Assembly: GCA_015523565.1 (NCBI GenBank)
Contig: WAKA01000029.1
Coordinates: 1 to 35,178, forward strand
Source of the DNA: Candidatus Heimdallarchaeota archaeon
GTDB lineage: Archaea; Asgardarchaeota; Heimdallarchaeia; Heimdallarchaeales; Kariarchaeaceae
Reading direction: 5' to 3'
Length of the DNA stretch: 35,178 nt
Position numbers and translations under genes: made by a program. Shown here piece after piece: positions 1 to 8,712 of the stretch. Under the pieces are notes generated by a model. The model saw only the letters and a list, made by a program, of their open reading frames with translations. It searched no databases and was not told the DNA's origin. Within the stretch, counting starts at the first letter, position 1, and each line of letters starts with the position of its first letter.

Positions 1-138
1 AAATTAAAAATAAAAACCTTTTTAGTTTATCATATAAGTTTGTTAAAATTAAAAGATTGGAATTATATCAATACAAAATTAGTTATTGGTCATTTTCTTG
101 CAAGAGATAATAAATAAGGAAGATTGAAATGACTATTT

Positions 139-615
139 ATGGAAAATAGTAGAATTGTTGTGTTCAGGTTTTTTGCAGAGCCTACAGATGTCAATTTTGG
201 CGGGAAGGTGCATGGAGGGGCAGTCATGAAATGGTTGGATCAGACAGCATTTGCCTGTGCCTCATCATGGAGTGGCACATATTGCGTAACTGTATTTGTT
301 GGTGGCATTCATTTTGTACGGCCCATCTACATTGGCAATATCGTACAAATCACAGCAAAATTGATCTATACAGGGACGAGTAGCATGCATATAGCATTGG
401 AGGTTAAATCAAAGTCTCCAAAAGAGCATGAATACGTAGTCAACACCCATTGCACCATGGTTTTTGTAGCGGTTGATGACAAGGGGAACAAGGTAAAGGT
501 TCCAAAATGGACGCCAATGACAGAAGAAGACAAAGAAGCTGAAAAACTTGCAGTTCAGATGAAAGGTTTATTTGCAAAATTTGAGGATAACACAAAAAAG
601 TTGATGACCCCTTAG
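139..615 (+). CDS. Acyl-CoA thioesterase, hotdog fold (YciA/BFIT-like)
   Basis: DVNFGGKVHGGAVMKWLD motif, CVTV..GIHFVRP, GTSSMHI, FVAVD: typical YciA-type hotdog thioesterase. Confidence 0.9.
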   Translation: MENSRIVVFRFFAEPTDVNFGGKVHGGAVMKWLDQTAFACASSWSGTYCVTVFVGGIHFVRPIYIGNIVQITAKLIYTGTSSMHIALEVKSKSPKEHEYVVNTHCTMVFVAVDDKGNKVKVPKWTPMTEEDKEAEKLAVQMKGLFAKFEDNTKKLMTP

Positions 616-1310
616 TTTTTACTTATTTGAGCCAAAGCGTCAGGGATATCATGCAGTGTTTCAACGATGATATCAGGATTTGATTCCATTAATGGTTTTT
701 TTGTATATTTGCCCATTGATCCAAGGATGCCAATTGATTTAGCGCCAATATTTTTGGCGGCTTGGATATCTACAGGAAAGTCACCGATCATGACTGTTTC
801 TTCAGGTTTCACGCCCAATTTTTTACATGCAAGAATCAATGCTTGAGGGTCTGGTTTTGCATTTGTAACATCATCTCTCGTGATGATGACATCAAATACA
901 TTGAACTCAGGAAAATCCTCAAGCGCCTTTTGAATTGTTTTCGTGCTGGCACTTGTGACTAGTGCCATTTTTTCATAATTTGTCCGCACGTAGTTTAAGA
1001 CATTCTGGTAGCCATCTATAGGGGTGATGTTTTGAAACTGTTTCCTTCTTTTTCTTAATTTGGCGAGCAAAAGGAGTCGCTGAAAAAAGTTTAGTCCAGA
1101 GATTTTCCCGATATACCAAATTGATTGGAGAACGATATGATTTGATTTTCCTCCTGATTTTTGGATGATGTTTCCAACATTCCTTTTCACTTTTTCTACA
1201 TTTATGTCACTCTTGATTTCCATGATAGCCCCGAATAATGGTTTCACCCATCTTTCTTCAAGGTCAATCAACGTTCCATCGAAGTCAAGGAGCACTGCCC
1301 TGATTTTCAC
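612..1310 (-). CDS. HAD-superfamily hydrolase (phosphoglycolate phosphatase/PPase-like)
   Basis: Motif I LLDFDGTL, motif II LVTS, motif III KPDP, motif IV MIGDFPVDIQAA. Confidence 0.9.
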   Translation of the reverse strand: MKIRAVLLDFDGTLIDLEERWVKPLFGAIMEIKSDINVEKVKRNVGNIIQKSGGKSNHIVLQSIWYIGKISGLNFFQRLLLLAKLRKRRKQFQNITPIDGYQNVLNYVRTNYEKMALVTSASTKTIQKALEDFPEFNVFDVIITRDDVTNAKPDPQALILACKKLGVKPEETVMIGDFPVDIQAAKNIGAKSIGILGSMGKYTKKPLMESNPDIIVETLHDIPDALAQISKN

Positions 1311-1346
1311 TATGTATGATATGCTGAATCAAAAGAATAAATTTTT

Positions 1347-1739
1347 CTAACGCACACTTTTCACTTTTTCTTCAAATGATTTCTTGTTTACAACATATCT
1401 GACATGCTCTCCTTCACCAACGATAAATCCTTGATAGCGGACATTGACTGACAGAAATATTTTCTTTCCCTCGACTTTTGTAATTTGTGCAGTTGCAGTG
1501 ATTGTTTCCCCTGGAAGGACTGCCTTCTTATGGTCAACACAGATTCTTATCCCAACAGAGATGTAATCGCTGGGAAGGAAATCTTGGATCAATAGCTTGG
1601 CAGTTTCTTCCATGAAAAGGACCATGCTGGGAGTGGCGAGAACATCGATGTCTCCAGAACCCAATGTTCTAGCAGTATGACCTTCTGTGATTTTATATTC
1701 TCGTTGGAAATATTTACCCACAGTGTTTTCAAGGTTCAC
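1347..1739 (-). CDS. FlK-like (fluoroacetyl-CoA) hotdog thioesterase
   Basis: GSGDIDVLATPSMVLFMEE, SVGIRICVDH, GEGEHVR motifs (Thr/Glu/His triad of the FlK family); GTG start. Confidence 0.85.
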   Translation of the reverse strand: MNLENTVGKYFQREYKITEGHTARTLGSGDIDVLATPSMVLFMEETAKLLIQDFLPSDYISVGIRICVDHKKAVLPGETITATAQITKVEGKKIFLSVNVRYQGFIVGEGEHVRYVVNKKSFEEKVKSVR

Positions 1740-1749
1740 AAAAGAATCG

Positions 1750-1769
1750 GCTTAAGTTAGTACTTAAGC
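1750..1769. promoter_or_regulatory. Perfect 8-4-8 inverted repeat GCTTAAGT-TAGT-ACTTAAGC, candidate operator or hairpin
   Basis: Read directly; lies 11-30 nt upstream of the 1739 start, in the 60-nt gap after the rhomboid stop. Confidence 0.4.
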
Positions 1770-1799
1770 TTACTCATATTGGATTGAAGATAGGAACTG

Positions 1800-2435
1800 T
1801 TATTTTGCGTTTTTTCCAATGAAGGAATAATTTCCCATGAGAAATCCCACTAAAAACCCGAAAATATGGGCAAAAATATTTGTATTTGCACTGGTTGATG
1901 AGAAAATAAGAAAGATAATACCTGCGGCCAGCAGTCGGTTTTTCTCTTCAAGTTTCTTTTTTCTTGCCCAGCCAAGAATTGCCCCCAACATACCAAATAT
2001 AGCGCCAGAAGCACCAAGTTGGAACGAATTTCCAAGAAGGGGAAGGGAAAGAAGGCTGGAAGCAAGACCAGAAACAAAATAAATGAGGAAAATGTCCTTG
2101 TCAGAGAACTTGTGGTCTTCCAGATAAAAGCCATAAATGATAAGGAACAGTGCATTTCCAAAGAGATGAGCTAGGTCGGCATGAAGGAAAAGAGATGTTA
2201 TTGGTGTCCAAATAAACCCCTTTTGCAATGTTTGGGAGGACAAACCAAAAAGAAGTATTGGGAATTCAGGCATCTGGAAAAGATTCATGGATGGTTCAAG
2301 ATCATTCAGATATGCCCATAAACCAATAAAATACGCAAATAGATAGAATAAAAAATTTGCAAACAAGAGCTTTCCTGTTGCCCGTTTCAATTCATCAATG
2401 GAAAATGCATCGGTCTTAGTTTCTTCCATGGGCAC
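1800..2435 (-). CDS. Rhomboid-family intramembrane serine protease
   Basis: FLHADLAHLFGN, catalytic GASG, AHIFGF, several hydrophobic helices. Confidence 0.9.
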   Translation of the reverse strand: MPMEETKTDAFSIDELKRATGKLLFANFLFYLFAYFIGLWAYLNDLEPSMNLFQMPEFPILLFGLSSQTLQKGFIWTPITSLFLHADLAHLFGNALFLIIYGFYLEDHKFSDKDIFLIYFVSGLASSLLSLPLLGNSFQLGASGAIFGMLGAILGWARKKKLEEKNRLLAAGIIFLIFSSTSANTNIFAHIFGFLVGFLMGNYSFIGKNAK

Positions 2436-2521
2436 AATTATTACAAATTAACCAATAATATAACTTAATTGTATTGAAACACGACCGATCGTATTAAAAA
2501 CTGACAAATTCAAGCCATCTT

Positions 2522-3817
2522 GTGTGGAAAAAGACCCATGACATTGGAGAGATTAACCCAAGCATGGATGGAGAAACAATTACCGTCAACGGCTGGGTTC
2601 ATGCGTTAAGAGTAAAGGGGAAGATTGCCTTTCTTGTGATCAGGGATTCTACAGGGAAAATCCAGGCAACTGCATTGAAGAAGAATGATGAAAAGCTGTT
2701 TGAACATCTGAAGGAATTGACACGAGAAACATGTATTTCCTTGACTGGCAAACTGAAAAAGCATCCTGAAGCACCCCGTGGTATCGAAATTGTCCCTGAA
2801 AGGTTGGAGGTTCTCAATTCCGCCGCCACCCCCTTGCCATTCGACCCCTTTGCTGATTTTATCAATACGAATAAAGACACAAGATTTGATTGGAGAATAT
2901 TGGATTTGAGGAATCCAATTCCCTTGGCTTACCATAAACTAAGGTCAGAGGTTATTTTTGAGGTTTCAAAATATATGCAGGAACAAGGGTTCACATTTTG
3001 GACAACGCCCAAAGTTTTGGGAGCAGCTAGTGAAGGGGGTGCAGAGGTATTCAAAGTTGATTGGTTTGGCAAACCAGCTTTTCTTGCAATGTCTCCACAA
3101 CTTCACAAGCAAGCAATCGCCGCAAATACTGGAACCAAATATTTTGAGATCACTCCATATTTCCGTGCAGAGAAAAGCCGAACTCGCCGTCATCTTGCGG
3201 AATTTTCAGGATTTGACGTGGAGGTTCCATTTGCCAGTGATGAGGATGTATGGCCAATAATGGAAGGAATTGTAAAAACTGCGGCAGATGCAATCAACAA
3301 GCATCCAGAGTTGCTTGAGGAATTGGGAGTTGAGGTACCCGAAGTAAAATTACCATTCAAAAGGTTAAGCTATGATGAATGCGTAAACCTTCTTCATGAA
3401 AATAAAATTGAAATGGAATGGGGAGAGGATTTCAGCACTGAACAAGAGGCCAAGCTTTGGGAAATTGTAGGGGAACCGTTTTTCATATATCATTTTCCCA
3501 AAAGTGTTGGAAAGTTCTATGTAAGAGAGGTAGAGGGAGATCCAAAGAAATGCCATGCATTTGACCTCATCTTCAAGCATGAATTAAGTTCAGGAGGTTG
3601 GAGGGAACACAGGTATGACCATCTCTTAAAAAATATTAAAGGGAAAGGCTTGAATCCAGACAATTTTAAGTCCTACTTGAACTTTTTCAAATATGGAGCC
3701 GCCCCTCATGCAGGATTTGGGATGGGTATAGAAAGATTGCTTGTCACCTTACTTAGTGCTCCAGATGTAAGGGAAGTTGTTGCCTTTCCAAGGACAGTTG
3801 ATAGATTGCATCCTTGA
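2522..3817 (+). CDS. aspS: Archaeal-type aspartyl-tRNA synthetase, probably non-discriminating (Asp/Asn)
   Basis: OB-fold N-term (GWVHALR..GKIAF..IRD), SEGGAEVF, LAMSPQLHKQ, FRAEKSRTRRHLAEF, PHAGFGMGIER, FPR; 431 aa with no bacterial GAD insertion. Confidence 0.9.
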   Translation: MWKKTHDIGEINPSMDGETITVNGWVHALRVKGKIAFLVIRDSTGKIQATALKKNDEKLFEHLKELTRETCISLTGKLKKHPEAPRGIEIVPERLEVLNSAATPLPFDPFADFINTNKDTRFDWRILDLRNPIPLAYHKLRSEVIFEVSKYMQEQGFTFWTTPKVLGAASEGGAEVFKVDWFGKPAFLAMSPQLHKQAIAANTGTKYFEITPYFRAEKSRTRRHLAEFSGFDVEVPFASDEDVWPIMEGIVKTAADAINKHPELLEELGVEVPEVKLPFKRLSYDECVNLLHENKIEMEWGEDFSTEQEAKLWEIVGEPFFIYHFPKSVGKFYVREVEGDPKKCHAFDLIFKHELSSGGWREHRYDHLLKNIKGKGLNPDNFKSYLNFFKYGAAPHAGFGMGIERLLVTLLSAPDVREVVAFPRTVDRLHP

Positions 3818-3818
3818 T

Positions 3819-4742
3819 TTATTGAGTCAGGACTTCACATCCATTTTCCTTGACAATGATTGTATGCTCAAACTGTGACACATTTGCATTTGGATTTCTT
3901 TCGACAAGCACAGGATAACCCATAATTATTCCAGCTCTAAGCAATTTTCTCAAATCCTTCATGATTGTCTCCTTGTCATTGTTTTCCTTGTCATAAAGGA
4001 AACGGGGTGAGAAGGGGAGTACGCCAACAGTCTTGAAATACTTGGCGAGGATTTTTGCATGTTCCACTTCTTTTTTCTTGGGTTTTCTGACAACCCTGAA
4101 AATATTTGTGCGTTTGCCATTGATTACTTCACCAACCCCATCGGTGGCGAATGGCTCTATTGCATACACCTTTCCTTTTTGTAATCTTCCTTTTATTAAT
4201 TCGAGAAATTTTGATCCATGATTCGGGATGGTTTGACCTGCGTGAAGGACATAACGTTTGATTTGGTGACCAGACAGGTTCCTGATGGGTTCATATCCCG
4301 CAGAAGTGATTGTTTTCTCGATGACTGCACCAACTTCCATTACTTTGACACCATCTTTCACAATTGAGAGAGCCGCTTCAAGAGCTTCGTTTGCCACTTT
4401 TACAAGTTCGTTGTATTGTGGATTGAAGTTTATTGTTATTGCGGTATCAACAATATATCCATCCACATGAGCACCTAAATCCACCTTGATGGTGTCATTC
4501 TTTCCGACAGTTCTAGAATCATTGATTTCAGGGGAATAATGAGCTGCTTCGTTGTTGATGGAAAAGTTCAGTGGAAAAGAGGGTTTTGCACCTTCTTTTC
4601 TGATAAATCCCTCTATTTCCTCTGCAATCTGAAATGCATTTTTTCCAGGCCTAATGGTTTTTTCAGCGATTCTTTTAGCTTCAATTGATATCCTTCCAGC
4701 TTCCCTATATTTTGAAAGAATTTCTTTTGCCTTACTTTCCAT
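3819..4742 (-). CDS. map: Methionine aminopeptidase type II
   Basis: AAHYSP, KVDLGAHVDGYIVDTA, NLSGHQI..YVLHAG, AIEPFAT, SQFEHT plus the type II helical insertion. Confidence 0.95.
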   Translation of the reverse strand: MESKAKEILSKYREAGRISIEAKRIAEKTIRPGKNAFQIAEEIEGFIRKEGAKPSFPLNFSINNEAAHYSPEINDSRTVGKNDTIKVDLGAHVDGYIVDTAITINFNPQYNELVKVANEALEAALSIVKDGVKVMEVGAVIEKTITSAGYEPIRNLSGHQIKRYVLHAGQTIPNHGSKFLELIKGRLQKGKVYAIEPFATDGVGEVINGKRTNIFRVVRKPKKKEVEHAKILAKYFKTVGVLPFSPRFLYDKENNDKETIMKDLRKLLRAGIIMGYPVLVERNPNANVSQFEHTIIVKENGCEVLTQ

Positions 4743-4782
4743 GAATTTTCGACCCTTATTTTGTTACAATAAAGTTAGTTTA

Positions 4783-7764
4783 TCAAGTTTCTTTTCCCTC
4801 AACCAAGTTTTTCAATTCTCTTCCTCCTTCGTTTTTAATCCAAATAACCCAACTTGTCATCAAAAAGAAGAGGATTGTAATGGCAAACAGATCATGGGTT
4901 TTTTGTTGGTTATAGTTTGCCAGTACACCAATTATTTCAGTATATCCATTTGTAAATTGATCTCCATAATAGATTGGGATAAACATGCTATACTTTCCAG
5001 CAAAGTATATGGTTAGTTTCGTTGAATATTCACCATCAACAAGTGTGAAATTAATTTCTGAGATGAATGTAGGTTCATCATTATGGATGAGATATCCTTT
5101 AAGTACAGATGGCAACTGAATAGGAGTACCATTTGAAAATGTAGGGGTTGAAAAGGAAATTGTAAAATTCTTGTAGAGTTCGACATTTATTTCTTCCCTT
5201 GTTTGTAATTTGATATTGTTAACCTTTATTGGAACCTTTATGATCTGATTTTGGATTAGCCATTCAAAAGTATCAATAGCAACATCCTGTGGGATTTCAG
5301 GATCATCAGTGAAAACTGGATTGAAACTGTTTCTTATCATGCCATATCTGAGAACTGGATAAATGAATGGGAGAACGGACGAATAAACAATGACACGTCC
5401 TTTACCGACTTCCTGAGCGGCGGCAATGGGTCTACCATTAAATTCACCCAAAGTGACAACATCATCTCCAAGAATATCCAAATACGGGCCAGTAGTAGGA
5501 AGGGGAGCTTGTTCAGGAAGCACAGTCTGAAATCTCAATGTTTTTCCAACAACATCATATTGAATGCCATAGTCTGGTTTACCATCATTGTTGCTATCTT
5601 TGTTTAACCTGATTCCAATTTGTTGATTGTTTAGATTTAATCTAAAAATTGCATTTAACGAGTCAATGGCAAATGGACCCATAGGACCATATTCTGTTTC
5701 ATATGATCCACCATGAGCCAATACAAGTAATCCACCTCCCAACTCATCAACAAACTTTCGGATAGCTGTATTTTCATCTGCAGAATAATCAACATCAGGG
5801 TCTGCAATGACAAGGATATTGTATTGTTTCAAAAGATTGAGAGTTAAAGACTTATTCTGAAAATCTACAATAAACCCCTTGTCCCGTAGAAGAACATTCA
5901 GGAAAATAAATTTTCCAGTAGGGCCATCATTCAAGAAATAATCTCCGAGGGTGTCTGCATCTTTGGAGATATCAAAAAGAATTTTTCCTCGAGGAAAGCG
6001 GGAAATGCTAAAAACAGAGATATTTGCATATTTCATGGGTTGTAGGGATTGTCCGTCGAGGAAATAAATTTCAGCTTTTACATATTCAACCTTCTTACTG
6101 GTGACCGTAAGATTTATGGGTACGATATTACTCCCCTGTTGAAGTTTTACAAATGTCGGCAAACCAATTTCTATATTACCGAAGTATTTTCTGTATTTAG
6201 GAACAATGGTCAAGTTTTCATCTGAGAAAACAGTAATATTGAAATAACGAGTTTCATTGATGATTGATGCGCGATAATAAAGATTAGATTCAAATCTAAC
6301 TGGATTTCCCTGATCGTCGAACTCCCTTCCATCATGGATTGCAAGGGGAGAAACAGTTACCCTTTCCAATTGAGCATTCTTTGTATTATTATACTTGTTA
6401 TAGAGTATCTCATAAGCTCTTGTGAAATTGACCACACCTCTCCCTTGCCTTTCAACAGCCATTCCCAAATCATTGGCACCAGCCAGGATTGCATGCTTGA
6501 TTTCAATTGCAGTGGCATTTGGAAAGGCCTGACGTAGAAGTAAAGCGCCTGCAGACACTATAGGAGTAGCCATAGAGGTTCCACTCCTGACAACGGGCTC
6601 AGCTGTTTCTGTATTGACTGAGACAATATTTACACCTGGTGCCAGAACATCTGGCTTGTTTAACCTTGAATAAGGTATGGAAGGACCATTGGCAGAAAAA
6701 TCCCAAATGGTTTGTGCATCCAACAATGCTCCAACACTGAGAACATTTTCCAATGCAGCAGGCATTCCCACAGTGCTTCCCCCTTCGTCACCATCATTAC
6801 CTGCCGCAACAACAGCAAGTATATCTTTTTTAGCCACTTTGTTTATGATTTCCGTGAACAAATCAGAAGACCCGTTATAGTTATTGGATCCAAAGCTCAT
6901 TGAGATAACTGAAACATTTAAGGTTGTAGCAAAGTCAATTCCCATTAACACATCAAGATTATTCCCGATACCATTTGAGTCCAGAACACGAATGGATTTG
7001 AAATTAGCCATGGGAGCCATTCCATGACTCTTTGTAAGCTTGAATGAATTATCGAGATAATAATAACCATTTCCGACTGCAATGCCCGCTACATGTGTTC
7101 CATGTCCAGATGGATCTTGTGTAGTATTTTCAGCAGGATTTTGCTTAAGGCTTCCAATAACATAAAATTCACCACGGCTTTTACTTAGATTAAACATGTC
7201 GTTGAAGCTGATCAAATTACTGATTCCTGAATCTACTATTGCAATTGATTGATTTTGACCATAATATCCCATTTTCCAAAGTGGTTCAATAGAAACCCAA
7301 TCCTTTACTTTTTCCAAAGTATTGAATGCCACTTCTTTTGACAATGACCTAGCGTTTTGCCAAGGGTCATTGACCTGTCTTTGATAGTAAGTGACTTGAG
7401 AGGGGATAACTTTCTTGACAGTACGGAATTGGGATGCATCAACATTTTCATTAACAGTGATGGCTGGAACTAAATTGAATACATATTCGACATCATCCCC
7501 CAATAGATCAAGTGCATGATTTCTTTCTTCAAATGAATTGAACCATAGAATTTTCTTGGTTCCTAAAAAACTTTGCAATTCGTGCTTTTTATTCGTTGGA
7601 TAATTGAGGGTTAAACCCCTTGCATCATTTTTTTGCACTATAGGTACGGGATTACTTGGAGATGCTTGATTTTCCGAAAAATCAAGGAAAGGGGCTACCA
7701 TTGGACTTGTCATAACAAGAATAAGGCAGAAGGACAAAAGCATAATGGATCGCATTACAATCAC
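4783..7764 (-). CDS. Secreted, C-terminally membrane-anchored S8 subtilase with a C-terminal GATase-like/GIFT-like domain
   Basis: Signal peptide; IVDSG, HGTHVAG, AAGN, SGTSMATP; downstream KILFD...YNILVIADPD...GGGLLVLA...GKGRVIV; C-terminal TM LFAITILFFLMTSWVIWI. Confidence 0.9.
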   Translation of the reverse strand: MIVMRSIMLLSFCLILVMTSPMVAPFLDFSENQASPSNPVPIVQKNDARGLTLNYPTNKKHELQSFLGTKKILWFNSFEERNHALDLLGDDVEYVFNLVPAITVNENVDASQFRTVKKVIPSQVTYYQRQVNDPWQNARSLSKEVAFNTLEKVKDWVSIEPLWKMGYYGQNQSIAIVDSGISNLISFNDMFNLSKSRGEFYVIGSLKQNPAENTTQDPSGHGTHVAGIAVGNGYYYLDNSFKLTKSHGMAPMANFKSIRVLDSNGIGNNLDVLMGIDFATTLNVSVISMSFGSNNYNGSSDLFTEIINKVAKKDILAVVAAGNDGDEGGSTVGMPAALENVLSVGALLDAQTIWDFSANGPSIPYSRLNKPDVLAPGVNIVSVNTETAEPVVRSGTSMATPIVSAGALLLRQAFPNATAIEIKHAILAGANDLGMAVERQGRGVVNFTRAYEILYNKYNNTKNAQLERVTVSPLAIHDGREFDDQGNPVRFESNLYYRASIINETRYFNITVFSDENLTIVPKYRKYFGNIEIGLPTFVKLQQGSNIVPINLTVTSKKVEYVKAEIYFLDGQSLQPMKYANISVFSISRFPRGKILFDISKDADTLGDYFLNDGPTGKFIFLNVLLRDKGFIVDFQNKSLTLNLLKQYNILVIADPDVDYSADENTAIRKFVDELGGGLLVLAHGGSYETEYGPMGPFAIDSLNAIFRLNLNNQQIGIRLNKDSNNDGKPDYGIQYDVVGKTLRFQTVLPEQAPLPTTGPYLDILGDDVVTLGEFNGRPIAAAQEVGKGRVIVYSSVLPFIYPVLRYGMIRNSFNPVFTDDPEIPQDVAIDTFEWLIQNQIIKVPIKVNNIKLQTREEINVELYKNFTISFSTPTFSNGTPIQLPSVLKGYLIHNDEPTFISEINFTLVDGEYSTKLTIYFAGKYSMFIPIYYGDQFTNGYTEIIGVLANYNQQKTHDLFAITILFFLMTSWVIWIKNEGGRELKNLVEGKET

Positions 7765-7909
7765 ATATTGAACAATCTGTATTTTAACTGTTATCCGATT
7801 GATTCATGAAAATTGCAAGAAAGCTTTCATATTTCATTTTCTTTTGACAACGAAAAGTCAAAGAAAGTGGAAAACAGTTTTATTTTTTGAAAATCAATGA
7901 TATCATGAT

Positions 7910-8629
7910 ATGTCACAATCGTTTAGCAAGGGTCATTCAGAATTGGTTCAAATTATAGACTATATAAATCAAACAATTCCATTGGTGACAACTGGTTCCA
8001 GAAAAGCAGATGTCAAACAAATGGTAATTACTGTATCAGAACAAATGAAATCAGAAGATTTAAACCAAATCTCACCACATTTTCGACCCTTGGGAACAAC
8101 ATTGAAAATATTAGTGGGCTCCGATTCTCCACTTTTAACGTCAGTTACGTTTCAAGGGTTTCTACTTGAAATGGCTGAGACATTGAGTGAAATCTCCGAA
8201 CTGATAAATTCAGGAGGAATTCCAGATCCGGCAATAATTCAAGACTTAAGAACAAACGGGGAATTCTTGATAAAGCTTGCAGGCAGAATGCTTTATAGGT
8301 ACAAGATTCAGGTCTACTTTGAACCTGATTATGATGCAAAGGTACTAAGGGCATTCATGCTTGCAAAAGACTTGTCAAAAGTTGTAAGATTTCTGAATGT
8401 CACCCCTGATATTTCACAGCAGACAAATCCCAACCTCGACAATGGCATTACATTGGAAGTATTATCTGCATCCAGTCCCCAAGAGTTAAATGATATCGTA
8501 ATGAATGTTCTTTCTGTCGAATCCTGTCAAATATTCATCGAAAGAAAAGAAAGCAATGTCATTTATCTTGATCCACCATATATTCCAGGGTCTGTAGATG
8601 ATAAGATGGAAAAATACCTTAACGAATGA
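7910..8629 (+). CDS. Hypothetical protein: helical N-terminus plus CheA P2-like (CheY-binding) domain
   Basis: Residues ~131-210 YKIQVYFEPDYDAKVLRAFMLAKDL...P...ITLEVLS....ELNDIVMNVLSVE match the pattern of Firmicute/archaeal CheA P2 domains (recognised from memory); no kinase or CheW domain. Confidence 0.55.
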   Translation: MSQSFSKGHSELVQIIDYINQTIPLVTTGSRKADVKQMVITVSEQMKSEDLNQISPHFRPLGTTLKILVGSDSPLLTSVTFQGFLLEMAETLSEISELINSGGIPDPAIIQDLRTNGEFLIKLAGRMLYRYKIQVYFEPDYDAKVLRAFMLAKDLSKVVRFLNVTPDISQQTNPNLDNGITLEVLSASSPQELNDIVMNVLSVESCQIFIERKESNVIYLDPPYIPGSVDDKMEKYLNE

Positions 8630-8712
8630 ATTGTCTTTTGGTGAAATTTAATTATTCTATTTTTGAAGTATCAAATATTCTTTTTTAGAAATGTATTACA
8701 GATTTTCCCTAT

